Source: Halopseudomonas sp. | Lineage (GTDB): Bacteria; Pseudomonadota; Gammaproteobacteria; Pseudomonadales; Pseudomonadaceae | Assembly: GCF_041579695.1 (NCBI RefSeq) | Contig: NZ_JBFGFI010000001.1 | Coordinates: forward strand, 15,369-79,368 | Direction: 5' to 3' | DNA length: 64,000 bases | In this document: positions 22,716 to 31,895 of the stretch, in pieces | Position numbering within the stretch: position 1 is the stretch's first letter | Layout of the letters: the number at the start of each line of letters is the position of its first letter | The notes under the pieces: model-generated | Told to the model about the DNA's origin: nothing | Seen by the model: the letters and a program-made list of their open reading frames with translations, nothing else | The model's database searches: none | Program-made: the position numbers and the translations under genes

Positions 22716-23690
22716 TTACTCCACGCGGGGTGCGAGGCCGAGCAGTTGGCGCGACATGGCTTCGCTGGCTCTTACCAGTGCGTCTGCAATACCCGTCTCC
22801 GAAGCCGCATGGCCGGCATCTCGGATGATCTGCAGCTCGCTGCCGGGCCACTTGTGATGCAGGCTATACGCATTGTCCAGAGGGCAGACCATGTCGTAGC
22901 GACCATGCACGATGATGCCCGGTATATGTGCAATGCGGTCCATGTTCATCAATAACTGGTCCGGGGCCAGGAAGGCATGGTTGACGAAGTAGTGGCATTC
23001 GATGCGGGCGATGGCGTAGGCACGCCGCGCATCGCTAAAACGATCCACCACCTGCGGACTCGGCCTCAGTGTGGCGCACTTCCCTTCCCACAATGACCAT
23101 GCCTTGGCCGCATGCATCCGGCAGATTTCGTCATCACCGGTGAGGCGTCGGTAGTAGGCACCCACCATGTCGCTGCGTTCGGCCTGGGGGATCATTGATA
23201 CGTAATCCTCCCAATAGTCGGGAAAGATATGGCTTGCGCCCTTCTGGTAGAACCATTGAATATCCTGATCGCGGCAGAGAAAGATGCCTCGCAGGATCAT
23301 GCCCATTACCCGCTCCGGATGCGCCTGGGCATAGGCCAGCGCCAGAGTCGAGCCCCATGAGCCGCCAAACAGGACCCAGCGCTCGATGCCCAGATGCTCG
23401 CGCAGCACTTCCAAATCTTCGATCAGATGCTGGGTGGTGTTGTTCTCCAGACTGGCATGGGGCGTAGAACGGCCAGAGCCGCGCTGATCATAGGTGATGA
23501 TCCGATACACTGACGGATCAAAAAAGCGTCGGCTCAGACTGTCACATCCCGATCCCGGGCCGCCATGAATGAAGACCACGGGCAACCCTTCACTATTCTG
23601 ACCGCTCTCGTCTGCGTACAGAACGTGGGGTGTCTGCACTGCCAGTTCGTGGCGGGCATAGGGCTTTATCTCGGGGTACAACAGCTGCAT
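22716..23690 (-). CDS. pip: Proline iminopeptidase
   Basis: HGGPGSG, DQRGSGRSTP, GGSWGSTL, GRYDMVC, DAGHAASE. Confidence 0.95.
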   Translation of the reverse strand: MQLLYPEIKPYARHELAVQTPHVLYADESGQNSEGLPVVFIHGGPGSGCDSLSRRFFDPSVYRIITYDQRGSGRSTPHASLENNTTQHLIEDLEVLREHLGIERWVLFGGSWGSTLALAYAQAHPERVMGMILRGIFLCRDQDIQWFYQKGASHIFPDYWEDYVSMIPQAERSDMVGAYYRRLTGDDEICRMHAAKAWSLWEGKCATLRPSPQVVDRFSDARRAYAIARIECHYFVNHAFLAPDQLLMNMDRIAHIPGIIVHGRYDMVCPLDNAYSLHHKWPGSELQIIRDAGHAASETGIADALVRASEAMSRQLLGLAPRVE

Positions 23691-23813
23691 GGTTAAGACT
23701 CCTGGCCTGAATGACAGCCACGGGGGGCTGATTCCTTGGAGAGCGACGCCGGCAAACAGAGCCGACGCATTTCCGCACAACATTACTGTCCGGCTGACGA
23801 TCTGTCATCCGGA

Positions 23814-24395
23814 TCAAACACCGAACGGCTTCACTCCGATCAGCAGACCATGCAACCAGAGCGCAAATGCAACCCAGAGCGCCAGCCCCACTACGATGGC
23901 AATCGCATCACGGCTGATGCGCCCGGCGGGATAGCGCACACCAGCCATGCGGTCGCGCTTGCGCGAAATAATGTACAGCGGCACCGCCCAGGCAAGAAAC
24001 CCACCGAACAGCAGCAGGTCGGCGAGCGTGCCGTTGGCCAGCAGATGCGCAATGGCCCAGAACTTGACGCCCAGCAGCATCGGGTGGCCAACGCGGGCCT
24101 TGATGTGGGTGTGCGGGACGTAGGTGGCGACCAGCAGAATAAACGCCGGAATAGTCAGCAAGGCGGCCAGATGTCTGGTCCAGACCGGCGGCACCCATAA
24201 CCAGGTCGGGTCCAGCCTGGCCTGGCCGTAACCCCAGACGATCATCACCAGCCCGACCACAGCGGCTATCGAGTAGGCCGCTTTCCAGCGCCCAAGACCC
24301 ATTTTGTCGATCTTCTTCGCGCGCCATTGGGGAGCGAACATCCGGGTGGAATGCACCCCGAGAAAAATCAACAGACCTATCACCAGAACCAGCAT
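23814..24395 (-). CDS. NnrU-family membrane protein
   Basis: GLLIFLGVHS, GHPMLLGVKFWAIAHLLANG, HGLLIGV; AAGGA RBS before ATG 24395. Confidence 0.85.
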   Translation of the reverse strand: MLVLVIGLLIFLGVHSTRMFAPQWRAKKIDKMGLGRWKAAYSIAAVVGLVMIVWGYGQARLDPTWLWVPPVWTRHLAALLTIPAFILLVATYVPHTHIKARVGHPMLLGVKFWAIAHLLANGTLADLLLFGGFLAWAVPLYIISRKRDRMAGVRYPAGRISRDAIAIVVGLALWVAFALWLHGLLIGVKPFGV

Positions 24396-24489
24396 CGCAA
24401 TATCCTTTTTATGTTTGAACAGCCAATCATCGTTCCAGGCGGACACTATAGCCGGCGCGGACTAACAGCGCATCCGTCCAGGCGAGCAT

Positions 24490-25059
24490 TCAGAAACTTG
24501 AGCCGGGCTGCGTGAGAAATTCGATCTCGGCCATGGTCGAGGGACGCCCCAGGATGGCGTTGCGATGGGGGTAACGGCCAAACTGCAGGATGATCTCCTG
24601 ATGCCGCAACTCGAACCGCAGATTGTCCTCCAGGCCCTCCTGCTCGAATAACGACACAGCCTGGCGGTGGATCTCCGCTGATTCGCTATGCATGTATGGC
24701 ATATAGAAGAATCTGCGTTTATCGATTTCCAGAGCCATGTCGGCGCCGGCTCCGACCGCTTCCTGGGCCAGGACCAGTGCCATTGCATCGCAGACAAAAG
24801 CCCTTGGCGTGTTGCGCCAGATATTGCGCGAAAACTGATCGAGCAGAACGATTTCCGCCAGTCTACCCGCGGGCGTTACGCGCCAGCCAGCCATTTCACC
24901 GCGCGCTGCCTGGGCATGCAGCGCCCCAAAGCGCGCCGTCACTGTACCATCAACCTTGGAGTCAACCCGCCACCACTGGGCAGGATCGAGCTCCTCGAAC
25001 CAGAACGAAATGACGTCATCCGGCGTCACAGAGGTAGGAAAGCGAGTAGGCTGCTGCAT
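24490..25059 (-). CDS. DUF924-family protein
   Basis: LAEIVLLDQFSRNIWR, FFYMPYMHSE, QFGRYPHRNAILGR. Confidence 0.9.
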   Translation of the reverse strand: MQQPTRFPTSVTPDDVISFWFEELDPAQWWRVDSKVDGTVTARFGALHAQAARGEMAGWRVTPAGRLAEIVLLDQFSRNIWRNTPRAFVCDAMALVLAQEAVGAGADMALEIDKRRFFYMPYMHSESAEIHRQAVSLFEQEGLEDNLRFELRHQEIILQFGRYPHRNAILGRPSTMAEIEFLTQPGSSF

Positions 25060-25076
25060 GAGTCAGTAGTAAGTCC

Positions 25077-25781
25077 TTGTCTGCCATTATCGGGTACGCC
25101 GTGTTCAAATTTTTTCGCCATCACAAGACGGCTGTAGTCGGATGTAGCTTAGCAATACTGCTGCTCATCGGCTGGCTTTTACCGGTGACCATTGCCGACC
25201 TCTGGCACTGGGGCGAGCGAGTATCCGGCCATCCGCTGGCCATGCTGGGCATCGTGCTACTGATGGCGACGCTGATGACCTTCGGACTCGCAGGCAGTTT
25301 ATGTTTCTGGGTGATCGCGCCCTTTCACCCACCCTGGCTGAGCGTCTGCATGTTGCTCGTCGGCAGTGTCGGCGGTGCCCTCGGCGCCTATCGAGTGGGA
25401 GCAGGCGTTGGTAGAGCCTGGAACGGTGGCCGGCTTTCCCGGCAGATATTACGCCTGCTGACCAGCCGAAGCGACCTGATCACCCAATGTGCGCTGCGGA
25501 TAATACCCGGGGTTCCACACGCCCTGATTAACCTTGCAGCTGGCGTCCTGCGCCTGCCACTGGTCACCTTTGCCAGCGCCGCAGTGCTCGGGCTGGCGGT
25601 TAAATGGGGCGTGTACTCGCATACCGTGCACGGCATGGTTTCAGCCTCCCGAGCAGAGGAAGCACTGGCTTTTGGAGCCGTAGTCCCTCTGCTCATTGTG
25701 GGTGCATTGCTGGTAATGGGGGGCGCAGCTCAACGCTGCTGGTTTCGCAGGCACTCGCGTGACGATAAGCCTGGTCAGTGA
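25077..25781 (+). CDS. TVP38/TMEM64 (VTT/DedA-fold) membrane protein
   Basis: Hydrophobic; LRIIPGVPHALINLAAG motif. True start may be GTG at 25101. Confidence 0.72.
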   Translation: MSAIIGYAVFKFFRHHKTAVVGCSLAILLLIGWLLPVTIADLWHWGERVSGHPLAMLGIVLLMATLMTFGLAGSLCFWVIAPFHPPWLSVCMLLVGSVGGALGAYRVGAGVGRAWNGGRLSRQILRLLTSRSDLITQCALRIIPGVPHALINLAAGVLRLPLVTFASAAVLGLAVKWGVYSHTVHGMVSASRAEEALAFGAVVPLLIVGALLVMGGAAQRCWFRRHSRDDKPGQ

Positions 25782-25921
25782 ACTAACTTAGCCACCCGGT
25801 CGTGCTTACTGTTCCTACTTTCTCTTCTCCAACCTGTTTATCTTGATGTATGGCGCATATGCGGTTCGCCTCCATGCAAAAGAAAAGTTACCTTGAAGGC
25901 ATGCAAACCAGGAGATAAACG

Positions 25922-26233
25922 ATGATCAAAGCCAGTGTGATGTATCCCAACAATCCCAACGCCCGATTCGACATGAAGTATTACCTGCACACACATATGC
26001 CAATGGTAACCAATGCGCTTGGCGCAGCATGCCTCAAGGCGGAAGTGGAGAAAGGCGTTGCCGGAGGCACACCCGGCGCCGAAGCACCTTTTGTGGCGAT
26101 CGCCAATCTGTATTTCGACAGTCTCGAGAGTTTTCAGCAGGCCTTTGCGCCCAATGCGAAGAAATTCGCCGAAGATATTCCTAACTACACCGACATAAAT
26201 GCGCAGGTCCAGATCAGCGAGATTCAGGACTGA
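25922..26233 (+). CDS. EthD-family reductase
   Basis: MIKASVMYP...FDMKYYLHTHMPM...DIPNYTDI; GGAG RBS. Confidence 0.85.
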   Translation: MIKASVMYPNNPNARFDMKYYLHTHMPMVTNALGAACLKAEVEKGVAGGTPGAEAPFVAIANLYFDSLESFQQAFAPNAKKFAEDIPNYTDINAQVQISEIQD

Positions 26234-26331
26234 AGTCGTCGAAAAGAGAAACATGAAGCTTCCTGCAAGGTCGAAACAAGGGTTGCCGGCCGGATTTCTG
26301 CTTGTCGGCCCCATGCCAGACAGGAGGCTAT

Positions 26332-26562
26332 ATGCCCTATGACAAGATTTCGGAGTTGCCTGACAGCGTGAAGGACAGCCTGCCCAAGCATGGACAGGAG
26401 ATTTATAAATCTGCGTTCAACAGCGCCTGGGACAAGTACGACGACCCTGGCGAACGCCGCGGCAACGATGATCGTGAAACCGTTGCGCACAAGGTTGCCT
26501 GGTCGGCCGTCAAGCAGGAATACGAGAAGCACGATGGTGACTGGGTAAAGAAGAAGTCCTGA
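26332..26562 (+). CDS. chaB: ChaB-family protein
   Basis: MPYDKISELPDSVKDSLPKHGQEIYKSAFNSAW...AHKVAWSAVKQEYEK; GGAGG RBS. Confidence 0.88.
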   Translation: MPYDKISELPDSVKDSLPKHGQEIYKSAFNSAWDKYDDPGERRGNDDRETVAHKVAWSAVKQEYEKHDGDWVKKKS

Positions 26563-26673
26563 CCGGTCCTCCCTTACCCGGTTACGGGCACCCGGCGCCA
26601 TCGATGTCATAAAAAACGTAAGATTGACTGCCAGCGATAGCTGTCTGGTGTCCTCAACCGGAGTAGAAAAAAC

Positions 26674-27552
26674 ATGACCGATCCAACCTATACGCCGCCC
26701 CGTGTCTGGACCTGGGATGCTGAGAGCGGCGGCAAGTTCGCCAATATCAACCGGCCGGTAGCGGGTCCGACCCACGACAAGGAATTGCCCGTGGGCAGAC
26801 ACCCTCTGCAGTTGTACTCGCTGGCCACGCCCAATGGGGTGAAAGTTACGATCATGCTCGAGGAGCTGCTGGCGAAGGGCTTTGAAGGTGCAGAGTATGA
26901 TGCACATCTGATCAGGATTACCGAAGGTGATCAGTTCGGTAGCGGCTTCGTTGAGGTGAATCCCAACTCGAAGATCCCTGCGTTGCTGGATCGCAGCGCG
27001 GACCCGGCCATCCGGGTATTCGAATCGGGCGCAATCCTTCTGTATCTGGCCGAGAAGTTTGGCGCATTCGTGCCGACAGACCCGGCTGGGCGCGCGGAAT
27101 GTCTTTCCTGGCTGTTCTGGCAGATGGGCAGCGCGCCGATGCTGGGCGGTGGTTTTGGACACTTCTACGCCTACGCCCCGGAAAAATACGAGTATCCGAT
27201 CAACCGCTACGCGATGGAAGTCAAACGCCAGCTCGATGTGCTCGACCGACAACTGGCCAACTGCGAATATATCGCCGGCGACCAGTACAGCATCGCCGAC
27301 ATGGCCATCTGGCCCTGGTACGGGGCGCTGGTCACCAACAAGGTGTACGAGGCCGCTGAGTTTCTGCAGACCCATACCTACACCAATGTACTGCGCTGGA
27401 CCCGGCAACTGGAAGAGCGCGAAGCGGTGCAGCGTGGGCGGATGGTCAACCGCGCCTGGGGCGACCCGAGCGAGCAGTTGCGCGAGCGTCATGACGCCAG
27501 CGACTTTCAGACGCGCACCCAGGACAAAATCGAGTCCGGCAGCAACTCCTAG
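26674..27552 (+). CDS. yghU: Glutathione-dependent disulfide-bond oxidoreductase (YghU-type GST)
   Basis: YTPPRVWTW, INRPVAG, LYSLATPNGVKV, NPNSKIP, FESGAIL. Confidence 0.9.
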   Translation: MTDPTYTPPRVWTWDAESGGKFANINRPVAGPTHDKELPVGRHPLQLYSLATPNGVKVTIMLEELLAKGFEGAEYDAHLIRITEGDQFGSGFVEVNPNSKIPALLDRSADPAIRVFESGAILLYLAEKFGAFVPTDPAGRAECLSWLFWQMGSAPMLGGGFGHFYAYAPEKYEYPINRYAMEVKRQLDVLDRQLANCEYIAGDQYSIADMAIWPWYGALVTNKVYEAAEFLQTHTYTNVLRWTRQLEEREAVQRGRMVNRAWGDPSEQLRERHDASDFQTRTQDKIESGSNS

Positions 27553-27709
27553 GCTGATCGGCCAGCTCTGCGCCGGGCCGTTGCCAGGCGCATGACAGCT
27601 GGCTGTTGCGTCGCTACAATGCGCCACTGTCTGCCACCCCCGAGCGCCGCTCCGTCACCACGGATCCTACGCTCAGGCCCTCTGCCGGAGATACCGGCCA
27701 GGACCCACC

Positions 27710-29368
27710 ATGATCCGTATCAACGAACTGCAGTTACCCCTTGACCACCCGCCAGAAGCCCTGCGCAGCGCCGTTCTAGCGCGGCTGAAGATCACAGATC
27801 CCGAGCTGATCGATCTCACCGTATTCAAGCGCAGTTACGACGCCCGCAAGAAAAACAGCGAGATCACCTTCGTCTACATTATCGACGTCGAGGTCCGTGA
27901 TGAGGCTAAGGTGCTGGCCCGATTCGCCGGCGATCGCAACGTCCGGCCGTCACCGGACACCGCCTACTACCCGGTCGCCCAGGCACCAGCGGACCTGAAC
28001 GAGCGGCCACTGGTCATCGGTTTTGGACCCTGCGGCCTGTTTGCCGCGTTAAGCCTGGCGCAGATGGGCTTTCGACCGATCGTACTGGAACGCGGCAAGG
28101 ATGTGCGCACCCGGACCAAGGATACCTGGGCCCTGTGGCGCAACAAGGTGCTGTCGCCCGAGTCCAATGTGCAGTTCGGCGAAGGAGGCGCCGGCCTGTT
28201 CTCCGACGGCAAGCTCTACAGTCAGATCAAGGATCCTAAGTTCTATGGTCGCAAGGTGATGCATGAATTCGTGCGCGCCGGAGCGCCGCCGGAGATCATG
28301 TTCGTCAGCAAGCCACATATCGGTACCTTCCGCCTGACCGGGGTGGTATCGACCATGCGCGAGGAAATCCGCGAGCTTGGGGGTGAAGTGCGCTTCGACA
28401 GCCGGGTCACCGATTTTCTGATTGAGGACGGCCGGATCGAAGGCGTGACGCTGTCCAATGGTGAAGAGTTGCGAAGTCGTTACGTGGTATTGGCCCTGGG
28501 GCACAGTGCGCGTGATACTTTCCGCATGCTGCATGCCCGGGACGTGTATATCGAAGCCAAGCCCTTCGCCGTGGGATTCCGTATCGAACACCCGCAATCG
28601 ATGGTCGACAAGGCGCGCCTGGGCAAATATGCCGGACATCCCGAACTGGGCGCAGCCGACTACAAACTGGTACACCACGCAAAAAATGGCCGCGCCGTTT
28701 ACAGCTTCTGCATGTGCCCCGGAGGCACGGTAGTCGCCGCCACCTCGGAGCCCAACCGGGTAGTAACCAATGGCATGAGTCAGTACTCGCGTAATGAGCG
28801 CAATGCCAACGCCGGCATCGTCGTCGGTATCACGCCGGAACAGGACTTTCCCGGCAGCCCCCTGGCCGGTGTCGAGCTGCAGGAACAACTGGAGTCGAAG
28901 GCGTTCGAGCTGGGCGGCCAGGATTATTGCGCGCCCGGCCAACTGGTAGGCGATTTCATTCGCGGTCAGGCATCAACCACCTTCGGCGAGGTGGTGCCGT
29001 CATACAAGCCGGGAGTTCTGCTGGGCGACCTGGCGTCAGCATTGCCGGAGTATGTAATCGAAGCGGTGCGCGAAGCGCTGCCCGCCTTCGGTAAACAGAT
29101 TCGCGGTTTTGACCGGCATGACGCAATCCTTACGGGTATCGAAACCCGTACATCCTCCCCGATCCGCATCAAGCGCGATAATCTTTCCCTGCAAAGTATC
29201 AATACAAGGGGTCTATATCCGGCTGGTGAGGGGGCAGGTTACGCAGGAGGCATTCTGTCGGCAGGAGTAGATGGAATCAAAGTGGCCGAAGCCGTTGCGC
29301 TGGCAATGCTGGAAGATCTGGACATAAGCCGGGATGGCAAGCTGGCGTCGCCGCTGGCGAGGACCTAG
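27710..29368 (+). CDS. Uncharacterised FAD/NAD(P)-dependent oxidoreductase
   Basis: GFGPCGLFAA, QFGEGGAGLFSDGKL, FCMCPGG, GEGAGYAGGILSA. Confidence 0.87.
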   Translation: MIRINELQLPLDHPPEALRSAVLARLKITDPELIDLTVFKRSYDARKKNSEITFVYIIDVEVRDEAKVLARFAGDRNVRPSPDTAYYPVAQAPADLNERPLVIGFGPCGLFAALSLAQMGFRPIVLERGKDVRTRTKDTWALWRNKVLSPESNVQFGEGGAGLFSDGKLYSQIKDPKFYGRKVMHEFVRAGAPPEIMFVSKPHIGTFRLTGVVSTMREEIRELGGEVRFDSRVTDFLIEDGRIEGVTLSNGEELRSRYVVLALGHSARDTFRMLHARDVYIEAKPFAVGFRIEHPQSMVDKARLGKYAGHPELGAADYKLVHHAKNGRAVYSFCMCPGGTVVAATSEPNRVVTNGMSQYSRNERNANAGIVVGITPEQDFPGSPLAGVELQEQLESKAFELGGQDYCAPGQLVGDFIRGQASTTFGEVVPSYKPGVLLGDLASALPEYVIEAVREALPAFGKQIRGFDRHDAILTGIETRTSSPIRIKRDNLSLQSINTRGLYPAGEGAGYAGGILSAGVDGIKVAEAVALAMLEDLDISRDGKLASPLART

Positions 29369-29447
29369 GGTAAAGGACCTGTCGCGACGGGCGCAGCAGG
29401 TCTCCGGCTAAAGACTATTGTGAATCAGTCACCGGAACGATCCGGAA

Positions 29448-29582
29448 TCAGCCCCGGGCGCCTTCCTGTATCGCTTCACCACCTCTTTCAATGTCCTCTC
29501 CCGCGCCTTCTATGGTGTTACAACCAGCCACACCGAACAGCAAGGCCAGACCAAGCAAAATCGATTTGATTTCCAGGCTCAT
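29448..29582 (-). CDS. Entericidin A/B family lipoprotein, 44 aa (below the ORF-track cut-off)
   Basis: MSLEIKSILLGLALLFGVAG-CNTIEGAGEDIERGGEAIQEGARG*; lipobox VAGC, CNTxxGxGxDI signature, AGGAG RBS. Confidence 0.9.
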   Translation of the reverse strand: MSLEIKSILLGLALLFGVAGCNTIEGAGEDIERGGEAIQEGARG

Positions 29583-29882
29583 AAAAACTCCTTATCCCGC
29601 GCTTCAAAAGGTGAAGCAATAAAATCCAACGGCACCTTCCGGACAAGCCGAGCAGCGCCGCTGCTCCTCGTCTCCGCATCAGCCGCCATTGCAGTGCATG
29701 GCAGATGTAATCCGGTCCCGATAACAGTTAGAGTCCCGATTGATCGATTCGGTTCAATTGCAGCCAGGTAAATTAAAATGTCACTGCGTTGACGTTCGAT
29801 TACTTCGGCTGGTTTCGTGAACGCTACCGCGAATCCATCTGGCGTTGCATCCTGTTTCCGCGGCTTGACTGACGCAAGCTCG

Positions 29883-30734
29883 TTACGGCGGATAGACGCC
29901 GGCGCGAACACGCATAAAGCGTGCGAAACGCGGAAGGCCGTTGGATGTGAGACCGCTGTATCGGTAGGTGACCCAGCTGCCTACCGGCGGAGGCTTCGCC
30001 CTATCGGCATCGGTCAGCCCGCTACCGAGGCGAAAGCGCCTTCCGTCCTCACTCTCTACCTCCAGCGCGCCGACCATACCCGCGTATTTTCCCTTGCCCT
30101 GGGTGTAGCCGACCACCCGGGCCTCGGCGTCCTCGTGCAGCTTGTACTTGAGTAAATCCTGACTACGGCCGGGAAGATAGAGTGCATCCTGGTGATGCAG
30201 CATCAGCCCCTCACCGTTCGCAGCAACCAGCTCTGCGAGCCAGCAGTCGAGCTCTTCGACATTATCGACCCGCGACTGCCTGACCGGCTGTAGCCAGGGA
30301 ATGGAATAGGCGCGAATATCACGCATGGCTTGTACCCGCTGATCAAAGGGCCCGGCATGATCAGGCAAATCGAACACCATGAAATTCACTCTCTGCCAGC
30401 TGGTGTCATCGGGTTCGGCAGTGCGCACAATCGCGCTGAGGGCGTCGAACTGGTTTCGGGCAATCCAGAGCTCGCCGTCCATTTGCATCGCCGGCCAACC
30501 GCGGGTAAACCAGACTGGCGAGCTGATCCGGTAACCGCTGCGAGTCCACAGCGCCTTTCCATCCCAATGGCCACGCACCCCATCGAGCTTTTCGCTTACC
30601 CAGTACTCGGTCACGGGGGCTGAACCAGGGTAGACGCTGGATAGCATCGGCTGATGGCGCCCATCATCGGCGACAGAAGGCGTTACACACCATGAAATAT
30701 AAAAAAGAAGTCCAAGGCAATGAAACTTAGGCAT
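29883..30734 (-). CDS. Minimal ATP-dependent DNA ligase with N-terminal signal peptide (Lig E type)
   Basis: SEKLDG (motif I), DGELW, FMVFDLP, EGLML, LLKYK, OB fold, RFARFMRVR. N-terminus MPKFHCLGLLFYISWCVTPSVA; AAGGA RBS fits ATG 30734. Confidence 0.88.
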   Translation of the reverse strand: MPKFHCLGLLFYISWCVTPSVADDGRHQPMLSSVYPGSAPVTEYWVSEKLDGVRGHWDGKALWTRSGYRISSPVWFTRGWPAMQMDGELWIARNQFDALSAIVRTAEPDDTSWQRVNFMVFDLPDHAGPFDQRVQAMRDIRAYSIPWLQPVRQSRVDNVEELDCWLAELVAANGEGLMLHHQDALYLPGRSQDLLKYKLHEDAEARVVGYTQGKGKYAGMVGALEVESEDGRRFRLGSGLTDADRAKPPPVGSWVTYRYSGLTSNGLPRFARFMRVRAGVYPP

Positions 30735-31121
30735 CAATGACATCCTTGTCGATAATTGGCAACACGCTAGTGCCCCGAGAAAATGGGTCGCCCGCCGGCC
30801 TCCAAATAGCCTGGCACAATCCCATTCAGCAGAAGTCTCGATAGTGCCGTGCAGAAGAGGAGCTGCCAACGCACAAGTCGGCCCCTTGTGCGCTGGTTCA
30901 TAGGGTAGATGTGTCGGGCAATCCTCCAGGCTCAGAACGTTCTGAACCGCAACGCACTGGAAAAATTCCTGCAACATGCCGACGGCATGCCTGGAGACCA
31001 ACGATCGAGGGCCGGCAAAGCTGGCCAGGAAGTCGTGCATTACCTTAAAATCGCGGGCTTTAAGCCTGCTTCGAAGTTTGCGCCTGCACACAGCGTATTG
31101 TTGTCCTCAAGGAGAATCCCT

Positions 31122-31895
31122 TTGGATTTAGCTACACTCATCGGCTTGCTGGGTGCCCTCGGTATCATTGGCTCCGCCGTAGCACTGGGCGCTTCACCAC
31201 TGGTGTTCGTGAACATCCCCTCACTACTGATCGTGATTGGCGGCAGCTTGCTCGTTGTGCTGGCAAAGTTCAGCTTTGGGCAGTGCTTCGGTGCCTTCAA
31301 GGTGGCCGGTCGCGCATTCAAGTTTCGTCTGGAAGACATCGAATCAAGTATCGCCGAAATCGTGGAACTGTCGACGATAGCGCGCAAGCAAGGCGTCCTG
31401 GCGCTGGAGGACCAGGAAATCAGCAACCCCTTTTTAAGGAGCGGCATCCAGTTGTTGATTGATGGTCATCCGCAGGAAACCGTCAAAGCGATTCTGGAGA
31501 AGGAGCGGGTACTGACGCTCGACCGCAACCGCTGGGGAGCAAAAGTGTTCAGTGCCCTGGGCGATGTGGGTCCGGCGATGGGCATGATCGGCACCCTGGT
31601 GGGACTGGTGCAGATGCTATCAAACATGGAAGACCCCAAGTCGATCGGACCGGCCATGGCCGTGGCACTTTTAACCACACTTTACGGCGCGATGCTGGCG
31701 ACCATGATCTGCCTTCCCATCGCCGACAAACTGTCGCTGCGCATGACCGAGGAAGCGCGAATGCAAAGCCTCTGGATCGACGCCGTGCTGGCGATTCAGG
31801 GGGGCACCAACCCTCGGGTTGTCGAGCAGCTGCTGACGAGCTATCTGCCGCCCGGGCAACGCGACAAGCCTCCCAGCGAGCCCGGAGCGACCTGA
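31122..31895 (+). CDS. pomA: Flagellar stator A subunit, PomA type
   Basis: TTG start after AGGAG. (M)DLATLIG, ARKQGVLALE, PAMGMIGTLVGLVQML, AVALLTTLYG, PIADKL. Confidence 0.88.
   Translation: MDLATLIGLLGALGIIGSAVALGASPLVFVNIPSLLIVIGGSLLVVLAKFSFGQCFGAFKVAGRAFKFRLEDIESSIAEIVELSTIARKQGVLALEDQEISNPFLRSGIQLLIDGHPQETVKAILEKERVLTLDRNRWGAKVFSALGDVGPAMGMIGTLVGLVQMLSNMEDPKSIGPAMAVALLTTLYGAMLATMICLPIADKLSLRMTEEARMQSLWIDAVLAIQGGTNPRVVEQLLTSYLPPGQRDKPPSEPGAT

Noticed and set aside
29579-30155. ORFs 29579-29911 (-) and 29817-30155 (+)
   Set aside because: They overlap the ligase and entericidin genes, lack an RBS or family motif, and are likely spurious.
30735-31121. Upstream extensions of the ligase (to 31091) and pomA (from 30909), and a possible c-di-GMP riboswitch
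   Set aside because: The extensions overlap each other and lack homology-like content, and good RBSs mark the shorter starts. The GGCAAAC...GAAA...GACGCAAAGC pattern of GEMM riboswitches is absent.
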